From Octopus bimaculoides (lineage: Eukaryota): a DNA stretch of 37,144 nt. This document shows positions 22,482 through 34,175 of the stretch, one piece after another. Each line of letters starts with the position of its first letter. Positions within the stretch are counted from its first letter, which is position 1. Made by a program: the position numbers and the translations under genes. The notes beneath the pieces are model-generated. The model was not told where the DNA came from. It made no database searches and was given only the letters and a program-made list of their open reading frames with translations. The stretch lies in the NCBI RefSeq assembly GCF_001194135.2, contig NC_069007.1, forward strand, positions 12,851,988-12,889,131, given 5' to 3'.

Positions 22482-22693
22482 CTCTGATGTCAGCCATACG
22501 GCAAATGTGCACAGTAATCGAATATTTCCAAACTGTTGAAGCATACCAGCTGCAGAAGGATGCACTGTATTACCAGTCCCGGATATGTGAGAGTTTGGCT
22601 TACACTGCTGAGAGGAACAGATACGCTCGGGAGTTCCGGCACCTAGACCAACTTTACCCATCAGTCCAGAAAATAGATGTCACACTGTTGTAG
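22482..22693 (+). CDS. ANAPC5: ANAPC5 terminal coding exon (A-LMSAIRQMCTVIEYFQTVEAY...ERNRYAREFRHLDQLYPSVQKIDVTLL*)
   Basis: ccag acceptor, TAG at 22691-22693; ERNR.A..FR.L motif of the APC5 C-terminus. Confidence 0.95.
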
Positions 22694-23849
22694 AGACACA
22701 CAGACTCACTGTTTGTCCGTCTGTCTGTTTGTCTCTCTTTGGTTGGAAAGGTTCCGTCATCTTGATAATGGATTGTTATTGGTTTGTTCCTTAGATTTTT
22801 TTTTGTCATTGTAATGTATATATATATATATCTATGACCATGTGTGTATACATATGTGTTTGTGTATATATGTATGTATACAGATTTGTGTATATATGTG
22901 TATGCATGTGTGTATATGTGTGTTTATATCTGTTCATACACACAGACACACATACAGTGGCTGTGATATGATTTGAACCTTTAACACCTTCACTACCAGT
23001 CTTACACTTCATCATCTTGGGCAGCTGAGGCTGTCCGAAACAACACCACCTGATTCCTATACAAGTTCCTTCCATTCTCCAGAGGTGAAAACCTCTCAAC
23101 AGATTCACTGAATTTTATTTTTAAGTTGACAGATCTTGACTGATATCAAAACCGAAGCCAGTCAGGCAATGCTCTACTGACTGAAAGGTCAACAGTTCAA
23201 ATCCCTGTCTTCATGTTGGGTTATTTGGATGCCACTGAAGAAGACCCTTTCAGTCCTAATGTAAGAACTCAACACAGGAGGAACCCAACAGAACTGGGTT
23301 TAGTGTCTTCTCCAGATTCCAGCTATTACAGGCTCAGTAGAACACTCATCAGTTCAATGCTTACATTGCTGCCCCTGCCTACAGCAAAGGGTTGTCGCTT
23401 GTTTCTCTGAAACCTATTTACAACTAGGTGGACTGGGTCATTTTAGAATTGAGTGTCCTTGGCCACAGACACAACGCAGGGAATGGCGATAAACTATGAG
23501 CCATATGCATCCCTGCTGGTTGTCCCAGTCTACCTAGTTGCAAATAGGCACCATGAGTAGGTAAAGCCATACAACTGTGTAAGTGAATTGTGTGTTTTAT
23601 TAGTCTGTTATGTCTAAATTTAAAAAAAAAAAAAATTCACTGTTGTGAATACACCTCAGAGATCGATAAACTCGATCAAACTGTGTTGTGTTTGGGACAG
23701 AACATGAAGATGTTAAACAAGTCTTCAGTGGTGCCTCTTATATCCAAACTGGTTCTGAGACTTGATATTCTCTGGAGGTGCCTTAGTAAACCCAAGGAAG
23801 TATTGAACTCAACATAACTAAATAAGCAAATGTTAAACTGTAATTTTTC

Positions 23850-23855
23850 AATAAA
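23850..23855 (+). terminator. Candidate ANAPC5 polyadenylation signal AATAAA
   Basis: AATAAA about 1.16 kb after the stop, followed by a GT/T-rich tract (gtgttttttgtgt, about 23871-23883). Not confirmed by transcript data. Confidence 0.4.
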
Positions 23856-23939
23856 TACTAATTACAAAAAGTGTTTTTTGTGTATAATTAATTGTCCTTC
23901 TTGGCTTTGGGTAAATGAAAATACAGGAGGATCAGTTAC

Positions 23940-24338
23940 TCTTTTACTTGTTTCAGTCATTTGACTGTGGCCATGCTGGAGCACCGCCTTTTAGTCGAGC
24001 TAATTGACCCCAGGACTTATTCTTTGTAAGCCTAGTACTTATTCTATCGGTGTCTTTAGCTGAACCGCTAAGTTACGGGGACGTAAACACACCAGCATCG
24101 GTTGTCAAGCGATGTTAGGGGGACAAACACAGACACACAAACATATACACACACACACACACATACATACATACATATATACGACAGGCTTCTTTCAGTT
24201 TCCATCTACCAAATCCACTCACAAGGCTTTGGTCAGCCCGAGGCTATAGTAGAAGACACTTGCCAAAGATGCCACGCAGTGGGACTGAACCCAGAACCAT
24301 GTGGTTGGTAAGCAAGCTACTTACCACACAACCACTCT
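23940..24338 (-). mobile_element. tRNA-derived SINE family B (CORE-like caccttgggcaag, internal CA/TA microsatellite)
   Basis: Full-length copy. Other copies or fragments, approximate: 4120-4257(+), 4290-4436(-), 8425-8830(-), 10345-10560(-), 11915-12295(-), 13590-13680(+), 15955-16097(+), 19670-19990(+), 21715-21860(+), 22160-22355(-), 27150-27310(-), 28250-28380(+), 29040-29235(+), 29570-29710(-), 30710-30870(-). Confidence 0.88.
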
Positions 24339-24521
24339 TAAGCCTTTTATTCAACATATTCCCCTCTCAGATTCACAGACTTATTGCAGTGGTTCTTCAG
24401 TTCTTCTAAGCCCTGTAAAAGAACTTGGAAGGTTGAGCATCCAACCAGGCCTTTCATAATACCCTTAAAGCAGGGAACTTTTCAGCACTCCTCATACACA
24501 CACATATATATATATATATAT

Positions 24522-24719
24522 TCAAGGGTGCTGAAAAGTTCCTGGCTCTGGATAAAAGAAAATATAGGTGGCTCAGTTAATTATGATTTTATTCCTCTCT
24601 AAGATTCATACACTTACTGCAGCAGTCCTACAGTTTTTCTAAGCCCTGTAAAAGAACTTAGAAGGTTGGACCTCCAACCAGGCCTTTCACAACATCCAGG
24701 AACTTTTCAGCACCCCGTC
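24522..24719. mobile_element. Mariner-type MITE, preceded by a truncated tandem copy (about 24345-24495)
   Basis: Perfect 20-bp inverted repeat gggtgctgaaaagttcctgg (24526-24545) / ccaggaacttttcagcaccc (24696-24715) in a TA context. Confidence 0.75.
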
Positions 24720-24819
24720 ATATGTTTGGTTACAGCATATATGCAGCTATATACAGATGATGGGGGCCATTAATGTTTTTAACCTTTCAGTCAGGACAGA
24801 AGTGCTCATGACTCTTTGA

Positions 24820-25034
24820 TACTTTAAACTGGGCTTATCCAGCCTAAATATTGAACCTGTTCTATGTTCAAACCAACCAGATCTGGTCTCTCACACCTAC
24901 CTTACAATGTCATTTTAAAAATAAACTAACATTGTTGAAACCTTGAAGCTACGAAATAATGCATGATTAATTCAAAACGACGTGAACGAATAAGCATTAC
25001 ATTTGGTAGAGTAATCTGAATGCTAAAGGGGTTG
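24820..25034. mobile_element. piggyBac-type MITE, family 1, degenerate
   Basis: Shares ccagatctggtctctcacacctacc...gagtaatctgaatgctaaaggg with the other copies. A further partial copy lies at about 13020-13135. Confidence 0.7.
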
Positions 25035-25715
25035 AGGGACCTCCAAGACTGCTGGGAGAGAAGGAAAATACCTGCAAACCAGAGAGCCTGACTGAACCCT
25101 ACAAAAGACACCAAAAATACCAGCTGGGGGTGTTAACCCTTGAACTCTGAAATTAAATTTCATGGTTATTCTAGTAATGATGTTAAACATGTATCAGAAA
25201 ACCAGAATTGGTATTTTCTGCAAGTCTTGTTGCTTCACTAATCTTGACTTATCTCAACAGTAAGTTGTTTCAAACCTGACATTCCTCACCAAAAGCTAGA
25301 TTGGTGTATAAAACTGCTTTCTGTAGTTAAAGATAATGAAATTTTGAGTGGATGTGTATGATTTCTACAATAAAGCCCTAGTGATGGTTTGTCACCCAAG
25401 TAAGCCAAGGTGAGATCTGAACTCAGAATGCAAAGTGGCACAGCAAGAATGAGCAGTGAGGATGATAGAAACATCTGGCTGGAGTCACACTGTTTAATTC
25501 AACGAAGCTTGTGCTGTTGTGTGGGGTTTTTACCATTGGTGGAAATCATTTATAGAGTTGTTTCACTGCCTGATGGAACAATGTATTTGAAGATGTATAC
25601 TGAGGGTGCTGCTGTACTCCAAGTATTTACCTAAACTTGAAGACAACTAGAAGCACAGCCAGTTCCTAGAGTTAGGGGAAGCAAGCACCTAAAAAAGAAG
25701 CGCCACAACACATAC

Positions 25716-26386
25716 CAAACAATTTATAACTCATTTTCTCTTATATTACGCAAAATATTTAATTAATTATAATATACGTAGTTGATTAATTTCATGTTTC
25801 AGTAATGATGTCATTATGTATGAAACTTACAACTACCGATACAGGTGTGATGTGAAATAGGTGAAACTCCATGGGACAATCATCAGAAGAGATTGAGAAG
25901 ACAGTTCAAAAACACAGGTGGTTGGTCAAATAATGTAATGACTCTAGAAAGTCCTTCTACGGCCAATTGATTAACAAAAATATAGAAGAGTTTTGACTTC
26001 TATATTTTTTGTCACACATAAAAATGGTGCCATGACACACACCAAGCAATTTATAACTCATTTCTCTTATATTACATGAAATATTTCATTAGTTGTAACA
26101 TGTGTAATTGTGATCTACATTCAATAATTTCATGTTTCAGTAATGATGTCGTTAGGTACAAAACTTACAATTACTGGTATAGACATGATGTAAAAAAGAT
26201 GAAACTCCACGGGATCATCCAGGGTTGAGAGGTTATGACGTCAGGGTTTGTTTTGGTTCTTCAGATGTAAACGGCCACCAACACATCACAGGAGATTGAG
26301 AAGACAATACAAAATACACAGGAAGTTAGTCAAATAAAGTAATGACTCCAGAACGTTCTTCTAAGGTCATGCGATTAAGAAAATAA
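25716..26386. repeat. Diverged tandem duplication (about 265 bp and 345 bp units)
   Basis: caatttataactcattt...gtttcagtaatgatgtc...gagattgagaagaca...gtaatgactc recurs at about 25716-25980 and 26042-26386. Confidence 0.8.
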
Positions 26387-27022
26387 AGGGATTCGACTTT
26401 TATCACACAAGTGAACTAAAGAGTTAAAATGTTGAAAAGGCACCAATTTAAAAAAATGTGCTCATGGGGGGGCAGTCGCTCCCCTTGCTCCATTATCAGC
26501 TATGCTACTGCAGACAATATAATACACCCCAATACATCAAAGCCTAATTTCCTTAGCAAAAAAAAACAGAAGGGGAGCAAGATGCTCCTCTCCTTTGCAA
26601 TGGTCAAGAATGATTAATGAAATAACAACTGACAGATATTTATTTGTAGAAAACAAGTTTATTATGAGTTGTTCTAGCGTGTGGCAAAACAAAATTCACC
26701 TAAAAGTAGAGCTGTAACAAGCTTCCCAATTGTGTGTTCGTCACAACTACAGGATTAAATATAACTTAATTCTATTTACTATGGAATGGAGATACCTATA
26801 CATAGCTGGGATTGTCTTTTATCTATATATATATATGCACACATAGATGCATGTGTCTATATATATGTAAGTATATATGTGTGTGTATATACATATATAT
26901 TTATATATGCATACATACGTGCGTGTGTGTGTATATATATATATCATCATCATCATTTAACGTCCGCTTTCCATGCTAGCATGGGTTGGACGATTTGACT
27001 GAGGACTGTCTACATATATGTG

Positions 27023-27063
<41 letters not shown>

Positions 27064-27458
27064 GAGGTCCCAGGTTCAATCCCGCCACATGGTATCTTGG
27101 GCAAAACCTTGAGTCACACTGATTCTGTCTGAGGAATAGGTTAAGAGTACATGGGCTTCATTCAGTTTCCATCTACAAAATCCACTCTCAATTCTTTGCT
27201 TGGTCAGGGCTGTAGTAGAGGACATATGCCCAAGGTGCAATGCTGTGGGACTGAACCTGAAACCCTGTGGTCAGAAAGCAAGCTTCTCAACCACACAGCC
27301 AGGCCTGCTGCTATAGTAAATAGAACTAAATGTAATTGTGACTAGCTTCACAGATATATTTATCATTCACAACAACATATTTAATACTTACACCCTTTAG
27401 CAAACAGAACTACACCATATATGTAGGGGTGTGACTACCTTTATTATATGTCATCTTG

Positions 27459-27666
27459 TTATTCAGAAATAGAATCGTCTCCTGGCAAACTGCGTTTGTC
27501 TTTCATGAAGAGATTTTTGGGTGGAGGTTCAATATTCAGTTTCTGACGTAAATCAACAACATTCTCTTCCCAATATTTCTCAAAATACACAGACAGAAGA
27601 AATTTTGAATTCCGTCCACAACGAATGGCCCATGGCATAAATTCACTCCAGTATAACTGAGAATGT
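27459..27666 (-). CDS. COQ4: COQ4 terminal coding exon (K-HSQLYWSEFMPWAIRCGRNSKFLLSVYFEKYWEE...SISE*)
   Basis: tttag acceptor, TAA at 27461-27459; PWA..G..Y.E..WE motif of the COQ4 C-terminus. Confidence 0.95.
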
Positions 27667-28399
27667 CTAAAACAGAAGGAAAAACAAAAATTATTATTAT
27701 TATTATTATTATCAATAATAATAATAAGCCGAGCTGGCAGAATCGTTAGCACCCCGGGTGAAATGCTTAGCAGTGTTTTGTCTGGCGCTATGTTCTGAGC
27801 TCAAATTCTGCTGAGGTCAACTTTGCCTTTCATTCTTTCAGGGTCAATAAATTAAGTACCAGTTGCATACTGAGGTCAATAAATTAAGTACCAGTTCAAC
27901 ACTGGGGTCGATGTAATCGACACATCTCCTCCCCCAAAATGTCTGCCTTTGTCGCAAAGTTTAAAAACATTATTATTATTATTATTATTATTATTAAAGG
28001 CAATGAGCTGGCAGAATTGTTAGTGCACTGGATGAAATGCTTAGTGGTATTTCATCCGTTACTACGTTCTGGGTTCAAATTCCACCGTGGTTGACTTTGC
28101 CTTTCATCCTTTCGGGGGGGGGGTCAATAAAATAAGTACCAGTTGTGTACTAGGGTTGATGTAATCAACTTCCCCCTCCTCCAAATGTCAGGCCTTGTGC
28201 CTATAGTAGAAAGGATTATCATCATCATCATCATCACCGTCAACAGATGCAAGCATGGCTGTCTAGTTAAGCAGCTTGCTCTGCAACGACATCATTTTGG
28301 GTTCAGTCCTACTGCATAGCAGACCAACCATTGCCTTATGAGTGGTTGATGGAAACTGTGTGGAAGCTGCCATCATGTGTGTGTGTATATATATAGATA

Positions 28400-28577
28400 T
28401 GGTGGCACGTAAAAGCACCCATTACACTCTTGGAGTGGTTGGCATTAGGAAAGGCATCCAGCCATAGAAAACCATGCCAAATCAGACTGGAGTCTGGTGC
28501 AGCCTTTCAGCATGCCAGCCCAGTCAAACCGTCCAACCCATGCCAGCATGGACAACGGACGTTAAATGATGATGATG
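28400..28577 (+). mobile_element. SINE/LINE-tail family C ending in (GAT)n
   Basis: ggaaggcatccagc...ccaacccatgccagcatgg...aatgatgatgat. Other copies, approximate: 6150-6430(+), 13140-13335(-), 13415-13570(-), 20690-20862(+), 26945-27010(-), 30350-30660(-), 31255-31440(-), 35121-35267(+), 35447-36490(+, split by hAT). Confidence 0.85.
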
Positions 28578-28589
28578 GACTCTCCCATC

Positions 28590-28990
28590 AATTTCGACGT
28601 ATGAGGATCCGGCAACTTACACTTTCTTTGTCAGTCATAATGCTTATGTCGAATGTGACATTTCAATCCTGCCAGCGATTTGCAGCGAAGCCTGCAGATG
28701 TTACAAATATGAGGATTATGGGTCAATGCAGATTGAAATAAAGTTTCATACCAGTTTGACATGATGGTCCCCATTGTGTTCGCTCCAAGTCTCAAAGCTG
28801 TTGTGAGCTAAACTGACCGCTGAGTGGTTACTCTTTAGCTTGTCCTTATATCTGAGCCATAGTTGACCAACATTCCTGTGCCCGCTCAGAGGACTTTGGG
28901 TAATCTTTCATCACTCATTCTGACGACATGACCAACCCAGCACAATTGCAACTGCATTAGGAAGCTTTCGGTTCCAGCAATCTTACACTT
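28590..28990 (-). mobile_element. RTE/BovB-like LINE C-terminal fragment
   Basis: The - strand translates as ESFLMQLQLCWVGHVVRMSDERLPKVL...LRYKDKLKS, the RTE W.GHV.RM...RLPK motif. Confidence 0.8.
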
Positions 28991-29259
28991 TGCTAAACAA
29001 GCTGACATTAAACACACATGTATGTATTTGTGTTTGTCACTCCTACCGCATCCACTGCTTGACAATCAGTGTTGGTTTGTTTATGTCCCTGTAACTTAGT
29101 GGTTTGACATAGGAGGCTGATAGAATAAGTGCAAGACTTAAAAAGAAGGCCTGGGTGTGATTTATTTGGCTACATCCTTCAAGGCGGTGCCCCAGCATGG
29201 CCGCAGTCAAATGATTGAAACAAAGAATTAAAAAATAAAAGGAGAAAGACAACACTTAC

Positions 29260-29483
29260 TTTGGGCCAAGTCGTAGGGGACCAAAAACTGCCGCAGTTAT
29301 ACACATAGGTAAACCAGTCTGTAGGGCCTCTATCCACTTGACAACTACTTCCCCTAACATGTGGGGAGGCATACCCAGCAATGCATGGATCAAGTCATGG
29401 GTCTGTCTGTAACGCAGCATGATGTAGACGAGATCTGGATCATCAACGAAATGAACAGGCCGTCGGCCATCGGGATCGAAACC
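29260..29483 (-). CDS. COQ4: COQ4 exon 5 ([61 protein letters not shown]...RLGP)
   Basis: gacag/gtaagt boundaries on -; 224 nt; holds the COQ4 metal-binding HDxxH(x)11E motif (HDLIH...GE). Confidence 0.97.
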
Positions 29484-29719
29484 CTGTCAAAATGAAACAG
29501 AGTGGGAGTTAGAAAAATAAATAAATAAAGGAAAAGGAAGAAAAAAGAAACAAACAGAAAACAGGAAAATGTATTCTACTTGTTTCAGCCATTGCACTGC
29601 AGCTTTCCTGGGGCAAAACCTTCAAGAGTTTTTGCCAAACAAATTGACTCCAGTAATTATTCTATCAGTCCTTTTTGCTGAACTGCTAGGCTATGGGGAC
29701 AAACAGACAAAAAGACACC

Positions 29720-29942
29720 CCCTCACACACATATATATATATATATATATATACATATGTATGCATGTATGCAGACACACATACATACGTTTGAATACAT
29801 GCACACACATATACATATGTATATACACACACACATATACTCATGTATACACACACACATATACTCATGTATACACACACACATAAATATGTATACATAT
29901 GTATGTGTACACACACATAAATATGCATACATATGTATGTGT

Positions 29943-29978
<36 letters not shown>

Positions 29979-29980
29979 CC
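29720..29980. repeat. Compound CA/TA microsatellite-minisatellite
   Basis: Visible low-complexity tract. Comparable tracts at about 690-1330, 7240-7540 (CT), 13925-14155, 14835-14910 (AAT), 19300-19430 (CAC/CAT), 22815-22955 and 26820-26945. Confidence 0.95.
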
Positions 29981-31557
29981 AGTCATAGAAAACTATGCCA
30001 AATCAGACTGGAGTCTGGTGCAGCCTTCCAGCATTTCTCATGGTCAGACATATTTTACACAGAATATTGGAAATGATTGGTACTGCTTGTGTAACTGTGA
30101 CACTCATTTATAGCTATCATGCAACATCAAGACATGGAGACACAAACACGTATACATACATACATACATACATATATTCTCTCTACATACACACACATAT
30201 ATACTCTCTCTCTATTTTGATATATGAAGTCTTTATTGCTGACTAAGTCCATGGGGTAAACAGTGACTATAAGAGAAATCCAGGTGAGCTGATATGGAGA
30301 CAGTGATGCAGATAAACACACCTGGGCTTGATATATAAAATATACACCATCATCATCATTATCATTGTTTAATGTCTGTCTTCCATGCATTTATAGGTAG
30401 GATGGTTGACTGAAGCCAGCTAGGTAGAAGACTACCCTAGGCTACTGTGTCTGTTTTGGCAGGATTTTTACGACTGGATGCCCTTCCTAACACCAACCAC
30501 CCTGCAGAGTGGACTGAGTGCTTTCCATGTGGCACCAGCACAGGTGGTGTCAGTTTTGGCATGACTTTTACAGCTGGATGCCCTTCCAAATGCCAACCAC
30601 TTTACAGTGTGGACTGGATGCTTTTCACATAGCACCAGCACCGGCAGGGTCACCAAGTAACTTGCAATAGAAGTTAAATGATGATAATGATATGATATGA
30701 TATGAATGGCTACTTTCAGTTTCTGTCAATCAAATCATCCACTCACAAAGTTTTGGTCAGCCCATGGCTATTGTAGACAACACTTGCCCAAAGTGCCATG
30801 CAGTGGGATGGAACCTAGTACCATGTGGTTAGGAAGCAAGCTTCTTACCACACAGCCATGCCTGCACCTATTTGTCAGATAGAAATTGTGTGTGTGAGAA
30901 AGGGCGGCGAGCTGGCAGAAACGTTAGCTCACCGGGCGAAATGCTTAGCGGCATTTCGTCTGCCATTACGTTCTGAGTTCAAGTTTTGCCGAGGTTGACT
31001 TTGCCTTTCATCCTTTCAGGGTCGATAAATTAAGTACCAGTTACACACTGAGGTCGATGTAATCGACTTATTCCTTTTGTCTGTCCTTGTTTGTCCCCTC
31101 AATGTTTAGCACCTTGTGGGCAATAAAGAAATAAGAAATTGTGTGTGTGTGTATATTGGTATAAAGTGGTGTATACGACCTTGAGCCATTTATGCCCCTT
31201 ACAAAACAGAATACACAGGAGTGGTGGTGGCAGTGGTCATCATCGTCCTCCTCATTATCATCATCATCTTTTAACGTCCATTTTGCATGCTGGCATAGGT
31301 TGGACAATCTGACAGGATTGAGCAAGCTGCAGGGCTGCACCAAGCTTCATTGCCAGCTTTGGAATGGTTTCTACACCCAGAGACCCTTCCTAACACCAAC
31401 CGTTTTACAGTGCGTACTGGGTGCTTTTCTTATGCCACTGGTAAAGTGAGATTGCTAAATAACTTGCAAGACAGGAACTTAGCTATTTGATAAACACAGA
31501 TCAATAAAATGTTCAGCAGACTAAGTGCTGAGGTTGATTAATATGGTTGACCAAAAC

Positions 31558-31783
31558 CCACCCTTTTGATACCAATCCACCCGAGACCACCCCTGATTCT
31601 CAGACACAAATATCTTGTTTTAAAGTGATCTAAATTAAAATATTCCACCAAAAATTCAAGGCTAATTTAAGTTCCAAGCACCCGCTTAATAATGACAAAA
31701 TTATTTTATTAAATTTTTAATTATTTTAAAAACTAATTGAAACAAGAGGAGAGTATTTCAGCAGAAATACAGTAATGAAATGG
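31558..31783. mobile_element. Probable piggyBac-type MITE, family 2
   Basis: cccttttgatacc start, ...gtaatgaaatgg|ttaa end; imperfect TIRs. Confidence 0.45.
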
Positions 31784-31871
31784 TTAACGGCAGTGCCTTC
31801 AATAGGTCTACAGTCCAATAACTGAAATCATTAAAGGAATAAAAGAAATTCACTGGACATGAAGAACTCAC

Positions 31872-31974
31872 ATTGTAATTAAGGAAACGCCAATATTCTT
31901 TACCCAGAGTTCCGTCAGGTAAATTATTGAGATATTCATAATCTATGTTTTCAGTGTTTATAATTGGTTTTTCT
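31872..31974 (-). CDS. COQ4: COQ4 exon 4 (K-EKPIINTENIDYEYLNNLPDGTLGKEYWRFLNYN)
   Basis: ttgcag/gtgagt boundaries on -; 103 nt; LP.GTLG.EY..FL motif. Confidence 0.95.
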
Positions 31975-32803
31975 CTGCAAATAAAAGGAAATCTGTTTAG
32001 GAGTAGTAATGTTCAGATCCAGTTGTAATCCATCATAATCATCATCATCAACCTCTGGACAAGACTGTCTTGACACTTTGAGCCAGTTACTCGATATCCA
32101 TGACATATAAATGACAGAGATCACAATATTTCCTGGGGGGGGGGGGTCCGAAAGGGGTCTCAGGGAGTAGCATCCCTGCCTTCCTGAGTTAGTTTTGTAC
32201 CATATTTCTTAAAAATCGTGGTAGAGGCCTTGGTCTTGGAACCACTCAAGTTTAGAAACTGAGGTTGGGGGTAAGCAAGGGCATGCTCCCTGTAGAAAAT
32301 CCAGCTTCAAAAAGCCTCACGATAGTAAGGGAGAATGGGCACCAGCCAGCCCAAAGGTTGGGGTGGGCTGCACCTGCCTGCCTCAGTTGCTATGGCATTG
32401 AGGTAAATCCAGCCACCCCCGTTAACGGGGACAAAACCCGGATTTAAAACACTGGATGATGATGAATGGTATGCCAGTCCATCATAGGTTGGGAGGATTG
32501 GAGCAGTGAGAAATGAAGTGTTTTGCACAAGAACACAACACACCGCCCAGGTCAGGAATCGAAACCATGACATTGTTATTGTGAGAGTAATACTCCAACC
32601 ATTAAGACACATGCCTTCACCAGTCCTCATCCAGATGAATGATGGAATAAAGCATTTCAAGATGGAGAGGTCGAAATAAAAGTTTTGTAATACAAGAAAT
32701 GGAACAAAATAAGCACAGTCAAGTGTTATGTAGATATTGGATGATCTACCGGCTCAGCAGAGAAAAAAACAGAAAATGAAACAAAAACAGAAAAACTACC
32801 TAC

Positions 32804-32900
32804 TTCAAAACTAAGCAACCTTCTGGGTCTTGTAACATTTTTGATTTTATCTTCTTCAAAGCATAGTGGCCAGTGGTTTCACCAAATGTGCTGATCATAT
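32804..32900 (-). CDS. COQ4: COQ4 exon 3 (DMISTFGETTGHYALKKIKSKMLQDPEGCLVL)
   Basis: ttacag/gtaggt boundaries on -; 97 nt; GETTG and DPEG motifs. Confidence 0.95.
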
Positions 32901-32933
32901 CTGTAACAGAATATCATAGGTTTATGGGACACA

Positions 32934-34129
32934 CAGTACTGGATTAACCATTAAGTAAAATAAATACATGCTTAGGTCGTCAAGGGAATAGGGTACCACA
33001 GAAATGATAAATGTTTTAAGGCACAAAAGAAATCACTTTAAAATTGCTAAAATAATATTCAAAGTGGTTTATATGATCAGAAATATAATTTCAGTGTTCA
33101 TGGTGTCATAGTTCTGATCAAAGACTTTGCAATTAAAAGAAGTAGGAGAAAACTTCAAATTTAAATAAAGTGGAAGTATACGAAAATAAACATTATTTTC
33201 TATCTTATGGTCAGTTTTGTTTCATTTAAGTGCTAAGGGCCTCTATGGGTCTTAATCCGGCCCTGGACACAGTCTCAAGAATATATGTGATATCTGTAAC
33301 AGAATATAATAGGTTTATGGGACACACAGAGCTGGATTAACTATTAAGTAAAATAAGCATGTGCTTAGAGGATGAAGGGAAGTGGTGGGGAGGGACACAG
33401 AAATGGTAAATGGTTTACAGCACAAAAGAAATCATTTTAAACTTGCTAAAATAATATTCAAAGTGGTTCATATGATCAGAAATATAATTTCAAGGCAGCG
33501 AGCTGGCAGAAACGTTAGCACGCCGGGCGAAATGTTTAGCGGTATTTCGTCTGCCGTTACATTCTGAGTTCAAATTCTGCTGAGGTCGACTTTGCCTTTC
33601 ATCCTTTCGGGGTTGATAAATTAAGTACCAGTTGCACACTGAGGTCGATGTAATTGACTTAATCCCTTTGTCTGTTCCTTCTATGTTTAGCCCCTTGTTG
33701 GCAATAAAGAAATAAGAAATATAATTCCAAACTGTTCACAGTGATGATCTGACCAAAGAAAAGGAGGAGAAAACTTTTCAAATATAAATAAAGTGGAAGT
33801 ATACAAAAATAACCATTATTCTCCATCTTATTGTTGGTTTTGCTTCATTTTGAAAAATAAAAATTTATTTTATGGTTTATTATTGTTAATTTTCAATTAC
33901 ATATATTTAGAGGGGCACCAAAACCTTTCAACTGCTTAAGGCCTCTATGGGTTTTAATCTGGCCCTGGACACATTCTCAAGAATATAAGTGATATCTGTA
34001 ACAGAATATAATAGGTTTATGGGACACAGCAAAATAAGCATGTGCTTAGGGGATCAAGGGAAGTGGGGAACCACTTTAAACTTGCTAAAATAATATTCAA
34101 GGGCCTCTATGGGTCTTAATCTGGCCCTG
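32934..34129. mobile_element. Three tandem copies of a hAT-like MITE plus flank (32934-33265; 33327-33967; 34027-34129, internally deleted)
   Basis: Termini CAG(TA/AG)CTGGATTAA...TTAATC(C/T)GGCCCTG; bodies and flanks are repeated. Confidence 0.65.
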
Positions 34130-34175
34130 GACACAGGATCTAGAATATATATAATAAATTGTATGTTTATGGGAT

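Noticed and set aside
23476-23516. SECIS element in the ANAPC5 3' UTR hairpin
   Set aside because: No RUGA/GA quartet at the right spacing, and no in-frame TGA in the visible ANAPC5 exons.
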